Shown here one piece after another: positions 1 through 11,050 of a stretch of DNA of 64,000 nucleotides; position 1 is the stretch's first letter, and the number at the start of each line of letters is the position of its first letter. The stretch spans positions 1 through 64,000 of the forward strand of contig JBBDMM010000001.1 of NCBI GenBank assembly GCA_040878325.1, written 5' to 3'. The notes under the pieces are model-generated. The model was not told where the DNA came from. It did no database searches and saw only the letters and a program-made list of their open reading frames with translations. The position numbers and the translations under genes were made by a program. The stretch comes from Acidimicrobiia bacterium. GTDB taxonomy: Bacteria > Actinomycetota > Acidimicrobiia > Spongiisociales > UBA11373.

Positions 1-19
1 ACCCTTGGGACCTGCTACG

Positions 20-55
<36 letters not shown>

Positions 56-594
56 GCCTTGCCGTCGATATGGACTCTTGGGCAAGATAAGCCTGTTATC
101 CCCGGGGTACCTTTTAGCCGATGAGCCACGGCGCTTCCACATGCCGCCGTGGGATCACTAGGCCCTGCTTTCGCATCTGCTCGACTTGTAGGTCTCGCAG
201 TTAAGCTCCCTTGTGCCCTTACACTCAACGTCCGATTGCCAACCGGACTGAGGGAACCTTTGGGCGCCTCCGTTACATTTTAGGAGGCCACCACCCCAGT
301 GAAACTGCCCGCCAGGCAATGTCCCTGATCCGGATAACGGATCGAGGTTAGAAGCCCAGAATGTCAAGGGTGGTATTTCAAGGTTGACTCCACGAAAGCT
401 AGCGCCTCCGCTTCCAAGTCTCCCACCTATCCTACACATAACACACCAAACTCCAATGCCAAGCTGCAGTAAAGGTCCCGGGGTCTTTCCGTCCTGTCGC
501 AGGTAGTGAGCATCTTCACTCACATTGCAATTTCGCCGAGTCCGTGGTTGAGACAGCGCCCAAGTCGTTGCGCCATTCGTGCAGGTCGGAACTT

Positions 595-1352
595 CATCGA
601 TTTCCTCTGTTTCCAGAGGCGACAGACTATGCCTTCATCTCAGAACGATTGCTCAATATCACTCATCGAGTAGCGACGAACCCCACTGGGGTTCATGGCG
701 CCCGCCAGGCGGGCGATCATCTTGAGCCCGTTGGGCTCGAGGTGCGCTTCCTCCAGCATCAGCATGCAGACTTGCTCGAGGAGCTCCACATCTGCTTGCT
801 TCGCTGACACGAGTGGCCAACTATCGAAATGCGGAAGAATACGACTCACGATCTGTGAGACGCTCCTGCATTCCCACTTGATCGTTTGATCGCTCGTATC
901 GGGCCGGATCGAGCCGCAAGCGAAGTACGAGTGGATGAGATCCACGACTTGCCGGCGGTCTTCGTTCTGGCTGATCGATACGCTCGGTCGGACCTCCCAC
1001 CCAACCCTCAGACGAGGTTTTGGGGAGATCGACACCGAGAAGCATCCTTCGCCATCGAAGTAACCACTGATGTATGACGGAACATCGAGTCGACTGTTCT
1101 GAGAGCCCGCGTGTTGCCCCGGCGGTAGATTTGCCATCCCCGCAACATATGTCGCGGGTGTGACAGTCACCGGAGCCTCTCCCTTTCGGGATCAGTCGTT
1201 ACGGGGCCATGCCGAGTCATCTCGACAGAGGGCTTCCCACGGCATCGCCCGCCGACTCTCGCCTCGTCCTTGACACGAGGCAGTCGGTGAGGGTTTCGCC
1301 GTTATGAGCGGGGTTGTTGTGCGAGGTCGCCCTCGCACCGGGCAATTCAATT
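595..1352 (-). mobile_element. Group I intron at 23S position L1951 (IA-type core), 758 nt, carrying a homing endonuclease gene
   Basis: Interrupts CCTTGTCGGGT|AAGTTCCGACC. The 5' exon ends in U and the intron ends in G (...ATCGATG). P1 is CGGGUAAU/AUUGCCCG with a U.G pair at the splice site. Core elements: P AACGGCGAAAC, Q GATGCCGTG, R CGTAAACGACTG, S GAAGGCATAGTCT, P3 CCCGC/GCGGG, and P8 TCTCAGAA/TTCTGAGA enclosing most of the ORF. Confidence 0.95.
640..1170 (-). CDS. Single-motif LAGLIDADG homing endonuclease (intron-encoded)
   Basis: YISGYFDGEGCFSVSI motif followed by the SVSISQ...FACGSI...W pattern of I-CreI-like enzymes. Start is GTG 1170 (GGAGAGG upstream) or ATG 1137. Confidence 0.93.
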   Translation of the reverse strand: MTVTPATYVAGMANLPPGQHAGSQNSRLDVPSYISGYFDGEGCFSVSISPKPRLRVGWEVRPSVSISQNEDRRQVVDLIHSYFACGSIRPDTSDQTIKWECRSVSQIVSRILPHFDSWPLVSAKQADVELLEQVCMLMLEEAHLEPNGLKMIARLAGAMNPSGVRRYSMSDIEQSF

Positions 1353-1380
1353 ACCCGACAAGGAATTTCGCTACCTTAGG

Positions 1381-1660
1381 CACGTTGTTACTCCCCTCTC
1401 CGAAGAGAGAGTGGCGAGGACATTTCTGCCTCACTCCCTATGTCGCCATAGGGGTCGGACTGTCTCATCGCCGCTGATGCGGCGCCTGGCGTACAGTCTC
1501 TGAGGATCCCTTTACGGTTTCCTGCTGATTGTCCGCACCGGACGGATTGTCACTGCTCATGGTCGCACCCTATTGGCCGGGTGCGACACGAACTAGTACC
1601 GCCGGATGCTCGGATGTTCCAGCATATAGCCAGGTTTACCAACCGCCAGTTGGTATTCCA
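1381..1660 (-). mobile_element. ORF-less group I intron at 23S position L1923 (IB-type core), 280 nt
   Basis: Interrupts AACTATAACCGT|CCTAAGGTAG. The exon ends in U and the intron ends in G (...AACGTG). P1 is AACCGU/GCGGUU. Core elements: P ATGCTGGAAC, Q AATCAGCAGG, R TCAGAGACTGTA, S GATGAGACAGTCC, P3 CCTGGC/GCCAGG. Confidence 0.95.
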
Positions 1661-2616
1661 ACGGTTATAGTTACCGCCGCCGTTTACCGGGGCTTAAATT
1701 CAGAGCTTCGCCACCGAAGTGGCTAACCCCTCCTCTTGACCTTCCGGCACCGGGCAGGCGTCACAGCGTATACGTCGTCTTGCGACTTAGCACGCTGCTG
1801 TGTTTTTAGTAAACAGTCGCTTGGGCCTAGTCACTGCGGCCCCCTCCGGCTCGAGGACGCAAAGTCCTCTAACCGTACTGGGGCGCCCCTTATCCCTAGG
1901 TTACGGGGCAATTTTGCCGAGTTCCTTAACCACGGTTATCTCGCGCGCCTTAGTATTCTCTACTTGTCCACCTGTGTCGGTTTGGGGTACGGGCACCTCG
2001 TGCACTCGCTAGAAGGTTTTCTCGACGGCTTGGGCGTTCAGCAGCTTCTCCTAAAAGCGGATCGGCATCGCACCTCAGGCTTTTTGTGAGATCCGGATTT
2101 ACCTGGACCTCGCCCTACATGCTTACCCCGGGTCAACCAACGCCCGGGTCTGCTTACCCTTCCGTGTCACTCCATCGCTGGCCTACTACCAGCTGGGTCG
2201 GTAGGCCCCGAAGGGCTTTCCTTAGCAAACTGGATTCGGCCTTGGCGCGCACGTGGTGGTACCGGAATATCAACCGGTTATCCATCGACTACGCCTCACG
2301 GCCTCGCCTTAGGCCCCGACTAACCCTGGGCGGACGAGCCTTCCCCAGGAAACCTTGGACTTTCGGCGGGGGAGATTCTCACTCCCCTCTCGCTACTCAT
2401 GCCGACATTCTCACTCCAGCGGCCTCCACGGCTGGCTCACGCCGCCGCTTCGCTGGCCGCTCGACGCTCTCCTACCGAATCCACCGCCTGGACTCGATCC
2501 CGAAGGACCGAGTCGAGCTTGATGGATTCCCGCAGCTTCGGTGCTGGACTTGAGCCCCGTTACATTTTCCGCGCAGAACCACTCGACCAGTGAGCTGTTA
2601 CGCACTCTTTCAAGGA

Positions 2617-2647
<31 letters not shown>

Positions 2648-3217
2648 TTATGCAATTCCACATCGTTTCCCACTTAGTCCAGACTTAGGGACCTTAGCTG
2701 GCGATCTGGGCTGTTTCCCTTTTGACCAAAGAAGCTCATCCCCCATGGTCTGACTGCCGCGCTGTGGCACGTTGGAATTCGGAGTTTGAGTGGGGTCGGT
2801 AAGCTTGTAGGCCCCCTTACCCAATCAGTGCTCTACCTCCAACGTGGAACACGCGACGCTAGCCCTAAAGCTATTTCGGAGAGAACCAGCTATCGCCGGG
2901 TTTGCTTGGCCTTTCACCCCTATCCACAGGTCATCCCCCAAGTTTTCAACCTTGGTGGGTTCGGGCCTCCACGAGGTCTTACCCTCGATTCACCCTGCCC
3001 ATGGATAGATCACCCGGCTTCGGGTCTAGAGCACGCGACTAGACGCCCTATTAAGACTCGCTTTCGCTGCGGCTACGGCTAACGCCTTAACCTTGCCACG
3101 TACTGCTAACTCGTCGGCTCATTCTTCAAAAGGCAGGCCGTCAGATCACCGAAGTGATCCTCCGACTGCTTGTAGGTAAGCGGTTTCAGGTTCTATTTCA
3201 CTCCCCTCACCGGGGTG

Positions 3218-3259
<42 letters not shown>

Positions 3260-3506
3260 TGGGGAGTACTTAGCCTTACGAGGTGGTCCTCGCAGATTCA
3301 CACGGGATTTCACGGGCCCCGTGCTACTTGGGAACTCCATTAGGAGCTCAGTGCGTTTTCGCCTACAGGGCTGTTACCTCCTATGGCCTACCTTTCCAGG
3401 TATGTTCGGCTAACGCCTGAGTTTGTAACTCCTCGACGGACCCGGTGGTCCGTCAGATGGCTCCCACAACCCCAGCACGACAACGGCACCGGCCTATCAC
3501 GCCGTG

Positions 3507-3548
<42 letters not shown>

Positions 3549-3784
3549 GTCGCTATTGCTTTCCTCTCCTCGGGGTACTGAGATGTTTCAATTCCCCCGG
3601 TTACCTCTTCCGGTCCTATATATTCAGACCGGAGTGACTGGGCATTACCCCAGACGGGTTTCCCCATTCGGAAATCCCCGGATCAAAACCTGCTTGGCGG
3701 TTCACCGGGGCTTATCGCAGCCTGCTACGTCCTTCATCGGCTCCCAGCGCCAAGGCATCCACCGCAAACCCTTAGTAGCTTGAA

Positions 3785-4001
3785 TCATGTGAATACAAGA
3801 CGCTTGTGCTCGCTATGCAGTTCTCAAGGTGCCAGAGTGAATCAGTGCCAGGTGGCTCTGACTCCCTCACGACTAAACAGTGTGCCCACGCCGGCGATCG
3901 ATCCCATCGGGCCGAAGCCACGATCGGATCTCAACGATTCGAAATGAATAGCCAGTTCATTGACTAGAAGCTCGAGGTCACTAGGACCTCAATTGCTCCT
4001 T
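3785..4001 (-). other. 16S-23S ITS (~217 nt) without tRNA; contains a boxA-like element and one arm of the 16S processing stem
   Basis: GCACCTTGAGAACTG is boxA-like. GGCACACTGTTTAGT (minus strand, ~3872-3886) is complementary to leader ACTAAACAGTGTGCC (~5736-5750). No cloverleaf was seen. Confidence 0.75.
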
Positions 4002-5532
<1,531 letters not shown>

Positions 5533-5820
5533 AAGATCCGGGTCCGAAGACCCAGAATCCTCAGTTGTTCGAGTTTGGTTGTGGGTGTCTGGCCAAACCG
5601 TTCACCCACGTCTGACATCAGATCGTTGTCTCTGACATCCGGTGCCGGATCGCTCCAGCACCTTCTACTCGAGTACGGCCTCCCCAGACGCGACGGGACG
5701 AACCCACCTTGTCGGGAGAGGCAAAACTGGCTTTTGGCACACTGTTTAGTTGTCAAGGAGCCAGACACTCCGAAGTCCCAGGGCACGCGCGCTCGTCGCT
5801 GAGTCCCGGGAGGGACCAGA

Positions 5821-5848
5821 ACTGTAGCACCGGGCCGGAACTCGTCAA
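5821..5848 (-). promoter_or_regulatory. Housekeeping-sigma promoter of the rRNA operon
   Basis: TTGACG-N16-TACAGT with an extended -10 TG; a boxA-like CTCCTTGACAAC lies at ~5749-5760 downstream. Confidence 0.8.
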
Positions 5849-5959
5849 AGACCGTGCGGGCCCAGCACCACATCGGTCTCCAACTCCCCCGCTTGAGTCG
5901 GCATTCCCCGAGCCGGCGTGATTATTCTCTGGCGCCGTGCAACACCGGAGGGGAGATCC

Positions 5960-6682
5960 GTGACTGAATCAACCGTTGGGCCAGCCTGGAGACGGGTCGC
6001 CGCGATCGTCGCGGTGGGGATGGCGCTCTGGGTGATCATCATCACCCTCGCGTCTGGAGAGATCATCCCGCCGGTCATCATCATCGGCGTCGCCTTCATC
6101 GTCGCCTGGGGGTTCACCCGGTGGCGCCCCAACCGGATCACCTTCGGCGTCTTCGGTGGGATCGGACTCGCAACGATCCTGACCAGCATCCCCTATGTCG
6201 TGGACGATCTCAGCCACCCGGAATCTGCGATCGGGTTCAACATCACCCTCATGACCCTGCTGGCTTCCATCCTGGCGATACTCGTGGCGGTCGCGGCGTG
6301 GCGTCCCCTGTCCGCTCGGGCCGCTTCGCTCTCTTGGATCGGCGCCGCCATCATCCTGCTCGCAGGCACCGTGGTCAGCGTCGTGCTCGCCCTCGGCCTC
6401 GAGGACGATCCGACGGCGGCCGGTGATATCCGGCTCGCGGCCGACGTCGCCGAATGGGTGCCCGATTCACTCAGCGCTACCGCCGGCACTGTTGCGGTCT
6501 ACGTAGACAACAAGGATTCAATCCGGCATACCTTCGCGATCGAAGCGCTCGATCTCGAACTCGAGTTGCCGGCCTCTACCGGCCGCCGCATCGAGTTCAA
6601 CGCCCCGGCAGGGTCGTACGAGTTCATCTGCACCGTGCCGGGCCATGAGAACATGGTCGGCACCCTCGTCGTCGGCGGCTGA
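5960..6682 (+). CDS. Membrane protein (about 5 TM helices) with a C-terminal cupredoxin (type 1 copper) domain
   Basis: Hydrophobic N-terminal segments; C-terminal N..HTF...YEFICTVPGHENM supplies His/Cys/His/Met ligands. GTG start after GGAGGGAG. Confidence 0.8.
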   Translation: MTESTVGPAWRRVAAIVAVGMALWVIIITLASGEIIPPVIIIGVAFIVAWGFTRWRPNRITFGVFGGIGLATILTSIPYVVDDLSHPESAIGFNITLMTLLASILAILVAVAAWRPLSARAASLSWIGAAIILLAGTVVSVVLALGLEDDPTAAGDIRLAADVAEWVPDSLSATAGTVAVYVDNKDSIRHTFAIEALDLELELPASTGRRIEFNAPAGSYEFICTVPGHENMVGTLVVGG

Positions 6683-6722
6683 CCCTCGGGGGGCCCACCA
6701 CCGTCGCTACCCTGCGGCGTCG

Positions 6723-8003
6723 ATGGCCCACCCCCTAGACACACTCGCCGAGCGCGGCTTCGTCCAGGACGTCACCGACGTCGAGGGCCTGCGCGGCCTC
6801 CTGGCCGACGAGAAGGTCACCTTCTACTACGGGGCCGATCCCTCTGGATCGTCGCTCCACATCGGGAACCTGCTCGGACTGATGGCCATGGCCTGGCTGC
6901 AACGCGCGGGGCATCGCCCCATTGCCCTAGTAGGAGGTGGCACCGGCCGGATCGGTGACCCCTCCGGGCGCGACGGGGAGAGAGAACTGCTGGCCGACGA
7001 CCAGATCGCGGCCAACGTCGAGCGGCTCCGCGATCAGATGAGCCGAATCGTCGATCTCTCCGATCCCGAGTCGGGCTTGCTCATCGACAACGACCAATGG
7101 TTGCGAGGGCTCCGACTCGTCGACTTTCTCAGAGACGTCGGCAAGCATTTTTCGGTCAACCAGATGATCGCCCGTGAGTCGGTGCGACGACGCCTCGAGG
7201 AGCGCGAGCACGGCATCTCGTTCACCGAGTTCTCGTACCAGCTGCTGCAGTCCTTCGACTTTGCCCACCTGTATGAAATCGAGGGGTGTCGCCTGCAGAT
7301 AGGCGGCTCCGACCAGTGGGGCAACATCACCGCCGGGGTCGAGCTGACCCGGCGCCTTCACGGTGCGAAGGTGTTCGGCCTCGTCTGGCCGCTGGTCGAA
7401 CGATCCGACGGCAAGAAGTTCGCCAAGTCGTCGGGCGAAGCGGTGTGGCTTGCCGCCGACGAGACCAGCCCTTATGCCTACTACCAATGGTTCCTCAACG
7501 TCCCCGACGCCGACGTCGGCAGGTTCCTCCGGCTGTACACGTTCCTGCCGCTCGACGAGATCGCCGAACTGGAGGCGGCGACCTTCGAGGATGCGGCGGC
7601 CCGCCCCGCGCAGCGTTCACTGGCCACCGAGGCCACCCGGATAATGCACGGCGACAAGGGCCTCGCCGAGGCGCAACGCGCTTCCGACGCGCTCTTTGGC
7701 GACCGTCCCTTCGCCGACCTCGACGAACGAACCCTTTCCGACGCCTTCGACTCGGCTCCTTCGACGGAGTTGGCAGCGTCGGCTCTCAAAGAGGGCGTGG
7801 GGGTTCTCGAGGCCCTGGTCGCAGCCGGCGCGGCGGCGTCGAACGGGGAGGCCAAGCGCCTCGTCACTCAAGGTGGCGTCCAGATCAACAACGCCATCGT
7901 CGACGATCCGGCCCGTGCGATCGGCCCGAAGGATCTCCTTGGTGATGGCACGGTCGTGCTGCGCGTCGGCAAGAAGAGGTACTTCCTGCTGAGATTCCGC
8001 TAG
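6723..8003 (+). CDS. tyrS: Tyrosine--tRNA ligase
   Basis: YYGADP...LHIGN, IGGSDQWGNI, KFAKS (KMSKS-like) and a C-terminal S4 domain. Confidence 0.97.
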   Translation: MAHPLDTLAERGFVQDVTDVEGLRGLLADEKVTFYYGADPSGSSLHIGNLLGLMAMAWLQRAGHRPIALVGGGTGRIGDPSGRDGERELLADDQIAANVERLRDQMSRIVDLSDPESGLLIDNDQWLRGLRLVDFLRDVGKHFSVNQMIARESVRRRLEEREHGISFTEFSYQLLQSFDFAHLYEIEGCRLQIGGSDQWGNITAGVELTRRLHGAKVFGLVWPLVERSDGKKFAKSSGEAVWLAADETSPYAYYQWFLNVPDADVGRFLRLYTFLPLDEIAELEAATFEDAAARPAQRSLATEATRIMHGDKGLAEAQRASDALFGDRPFADLDERTLSDAFDSAPSTELAASALKEGVGVLEALVAAGAAASNGEAKRLVTQGGVQINNAIVDDPARAIGPKDLLGDGTVVLRVGKKRYFLLRFR

Positions 8004-10378
8004 CCGGCGGGCTGCACCCAGATGGTCGCCCTCCCGGTGACCGGCTCTCCCGGCCCCGGCATCTGTGCCCACACTCGATACGGCTCCACCGAGGCGTTCG
8101 GGTCGGCCACGACGATCACGGTCACTTCTTGCCCGACCGCGGTCAACCGCTCGGTTGCGTCCGAACGATGGCGACCGAGTACGTCCGGGGCGATCGTGCC
8201 GGGTTCGGGCCCCGCCACGACCAGTTCCACCTTCGATCCGATCGGAAGCTCCGACCCCGGGGCAGGGAATTGCCCGATCACGGTGCCCGGGACTTGCGGC
8301 ACGTCGGCCCAGAGCAGCGAGATCGTGTATCCGGCGGCCTCGAGCACCGATACCGCATCAACGATCGTGTAGGTGCCGACTCCAGGCACCGTTCCGTCGG
8401 CGAGGATTGCCAGACCCTCGGGGTTGTGGATCGGGCAAACGATTCGGGGCACGGACGACGCCTGAAGCTGGATATCGGCGACATTCGACCGGGGACAGAG
8501 GGGACCGGCGAGGAACCCGGTGGTCACATCGATCTTTACGGTCACCATGTCGTTGCTGCCCGCTTCGGGGGCGTCTGAATACCCGACGCCGCCAAGCGCG
8601 GCGATGCCAAAACGCGACCAGATCTGCGCCGGCCAGGTTCCTCCGGTGACTGTGAAGGGTGTGTTGGGGGCGACCATCGGTTTGTTGCCCTCGGCGAAGC
8701 CAACCCAAACTGCGGCGACCAACTCGGGCGTGTACCCGACGAACCAGGCATCGTGGGTGGCTTCGGTCGTGCCCGACTTGCCGGCAATCGGCCGACCGAT
8801 CTTTGCTTGCTGACCGGTCCCCCGACGAACCGTCTCGGTGAGCGTCGCCGTCACCTGCTGGGCCACGAATTCGTCCAGAACCCGCTCGAAGGTGGGGAGA
8901 TGCTCGTAGATCACCCGGCCATCGCGATCCTCGATTCGGCTCACGAGCACCGGGTCCACCTTGATGCCATCGTTGGCGAAGGTCCCGTAGGCGGCCGCCA
9001 TGTCGAACACGGTCACCTCTTCGGTGCCGAGAACAATCGACGGCACTGCGGCCAGGTCGGCGGTGATGCCCATCTCCTTGGCCAGAGCGACCACACGGTC
9101 GGCCCCGATCAGGTGAATCAGGTGGGCGTAGGGCACATTGACCGAGAAGACGGTCGCCTCCAGCAGCGAGAGACCCGGGAAGTAGGCGTCCTTGTGGTTA
9201 CGCACCGTCCACACCTCGTCGGCGGTACGGATGTAGGCGGCCCGTCCGCCGGGCCAGGTGCTGTCGAGCTCGATCCCGTACTCGAGGGCGGCGGCCAGGG
9301 TGAACGGCTTGAAGGCAGAGCCGGGCTGCCGCCTCCCCTGCGTTGCAAGGTTGAACTGACCGATGGGGTCGGAGGCGTCGTAGAAGCCGTCCCCGCCGAC
9401 GATGGCGAGGACATGGCCGTTGCGGGGATCGATGGCAACCAGTGCCGCCGCCGGGCCGTCATCTGGAAGCACCGAGGCGATCGCCGCTTCCGCCGCCATC
9501 TGAACGGCAGGGTCGATGGTCGTGTAGATCGTCAGCCCGCCGGTGGTGAGCGCCTCGTACCGGTCGTCGGCGGTCGCCCCGAGCGCCGGGTTCTCGAGCA
9601 GTCTTCGGCGCACCTCGTCGGTGAAGTAGGGGAACCTCATCAGGTCGGATACGCCCCGAACGGCCAGGTCGAGAGGCTCCGCGGATGCCTCGGTGGCAGC
9701 CGACTGGTCGATCCACCCGAGGCCGACCATCTCGGCGAGCACCAGATCACGCCGCGCCATCGCCTCGACTGGATGCTCATAAGGGTTCAGATCCGACGGG
9801 GCGAGGATCAGGCCGGCGAGCAACGACGACTGGCCGAGGCTCAATGATCCCACCGGGAGTCCGAAGTACCGCTTGGCGGCGGCGCTCACCCCGTACGCCC
9901 CTTCACCGAGATAGATGGTGTTGAGGTAACGCTCGAGGATCTCCTCCTTGGTGAGGGTGGTCTCGAGCTGGAGGGCGAGGCCGATCTCTTCAGCCTTGCG
10001 CTCGAGGGTGAGATCATCCGAGAGGAGCACGTTCTTGACGTACTGCTGGGTGATCGTCGATCCGCCTTCGACCACGGCCCCCGCCTCGATATTCTCCCGG
10101 GTGGCCCGCGCCACCGCTCTCACATCGACCCCGTTGTGGATCCAGAAGCGGCGGTCTTCGATGGCGACGACGGCATCGACCAGATGTTTGGGCAGATCGG
10201 AGTACGCAACGAGCTGACGGTCTTCCTCTGCGTGCCACTCGGCCAATACCGAGCCATCGGCCGCAAGGACCGTCGTGGTGAGGCCGCCCGCTCCAATCCC
10301 CGGATCCTCGATTGGTGTCACCGAGCAGGCAGTGGCGATCAGCGCGATCCCCAGCGCACCCACCCCGAGGCGAGGCAT
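8000..10378 (-). CDS. Class A penicillin-binding protein (transglycosylase/transpeptidase) with C-terminal PASTA domains
   Basis: EDRRFWIHNG, GGSTITQQYVKN, SAFK (SxxK), SVN and KSGT motifs; two PASTA-like repeats; lipobox-like ATAC. Confidence 0.92.
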   Translation of the reverse strand: MPRLGVGALGIALIATACSVTPIEDPGIGAGGLTTTVLAADGSVLAEWHAEEDRQLVAYSDLPKHLVDAVVAIEDRRFWIHNGVDVRAVARATRENIEAGAVVEGGSTITQQYVKNVLLSDDLTLERKAEEIGLALQLETTLTKEEILERYLNTIYLGEGAYGVSAAAKRYFGLPVGSLSLGQSSLLAGLILAPSDLNPYEHPVEAMARRDLVLAEMVGLGWIDQSAATEASAEPLDLAVRGVSDLMRFPYFTDEVRRRLLENPALGATADDRYEALTTGGLTIYTTIDPAVQMAAEAAIASVLPDDGPAAALVAIDPRNGHVLAIVGGDGFYDASDPIGQFNLATQGRRQPGSAFKPFTLAAALEYGIELDSTWPGGRAAYIRTADEVWTVRNHKDAYFPGLSLLEATVFSVNVPYAHLIHLIGADRVVALAKEMGITADLAAVPSIVLGTEEVTVFDMAAAYGTFANDGIKVDPVLVSRIEDRDGRVIYEHLPTFERVLDEFVAQQVTATLTETVRRGTGQQAKIGRPIAGKSGTTEATHDAWFVGYTPELVAAVWVGFAEGNKPMVAPNTPFTVTGGTWPAQIWSRFGIAALGGVGYSDAPEAGSNDMVTVKIDVTTGFLAGPLCPRSNVADIQLQASSVPRIVCPIHNPEGLAILADGTVPGVGTYTIVDAVSVLEAAGYTISLLWADVPQVPGTVIGQFPAPGSELPIGSKVELVVAGPEPGTIAPDVLGRHRSDATERLTAVGQEVTVIVVADPNASVEPYRVWAQMPGPGEPVTGRATIWVQPAG

Positions 10379-10465
10379 CGGTCGTGTTTCTCCGTGGGCC
10401 ACGATAGTGACCACACCCTTTGAAACCGCGTCAATCGGGCGAGGGGGTGAGCGCTCGCCCCGGGA

Positions 10466-10499
10466 TCAGGTTTCAGCTTGCGACAAGCCGAAACCTGAT
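10466..10499 (-). terminator. Hairpin downstream of mpg (possible terminator)
   Basis: ATCAGGTTTCGGCTTG-TCG-CAAGCTGAAACCTGAT inverted repeat, without a strong U tract. Confidence 0.5.
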
Positions 10500-10510
10500 G
10501 AAGCCAGCGC

Positions 10511-11050
10511 CTATTCGCTCACCCCCCTCAGCACGAAACGCCACAGGCGCTCGGTCGCCCGCGAGATCCCGATCCGGGGCGACGCGGTCACGCGACCCGT
10601 CAGCAGCCCGGCTTCCAGGCGCAGCGGGCCCCCGGACAGCGACGACCCATCGTGCTCCCCGGTGACCCCGAGCGCCTGGGTGAGGTTTCCCGGCCCCACC
10701 GTCAGGGGACGGCGGCCTCCCCGCCGATGCTCGATGGTCTCGTGACCCTCGACCGGGATTCCACCCCGCAGCAGCACGGCGGCCGCGGTCCCCGGCGGCC
10801 CACACACCACGTTCATGCACCAATGGACCCCATACGAGCGGTAGACGTAGAGCGTGCCCGGAGCGCCGAACATGCTGCTGTTGCGCGGCGTCTCGCCCCG
10901 GAAGGCATGGCTGGCAGGATCGTTGGCACCGTCGTAGGCCTCGACCTCGGTGAGAGCCACCACTACCCGATCCCCGTCCACCTCACTGACCAGATGCCGG
11001 CCGAGAAGCCACCTGGCCGCCGCCAGCACCGGGCCGCCGAGTTCGGTCAC
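10511..11050 (-). CDS. mpg: DNA-3-methyladenine glycosylase (MPG family)
   Basis: EVEAY...DPASH, YVYRSYGVHWCMN, AVLLR, GPGNL and RIGI motifs. Confidence 0.93.
   Translation of the reverse strand: MTELGGPVLAAARWLLGRHLVSEVDGDRVVVALTEVEAYDGANDPASHAFRGETPRNSSMFGAPGTLYVYRSYGVHWCMNVVCGPPGTAAAVLLRGGIPVEGHETIEHRRGGRRPLTVGPGNLTQALGVTGEHDGSSLSGGPLRLEAGLLTGRVTASPRIGISRATERLWRFVLRGVSE

Noticed and set aside
3785..4001. tRNA genes in the ITS or elsewhere in the window
   Set aside because: No cloverleaf with T-loop and acceptor stem was found by eye.
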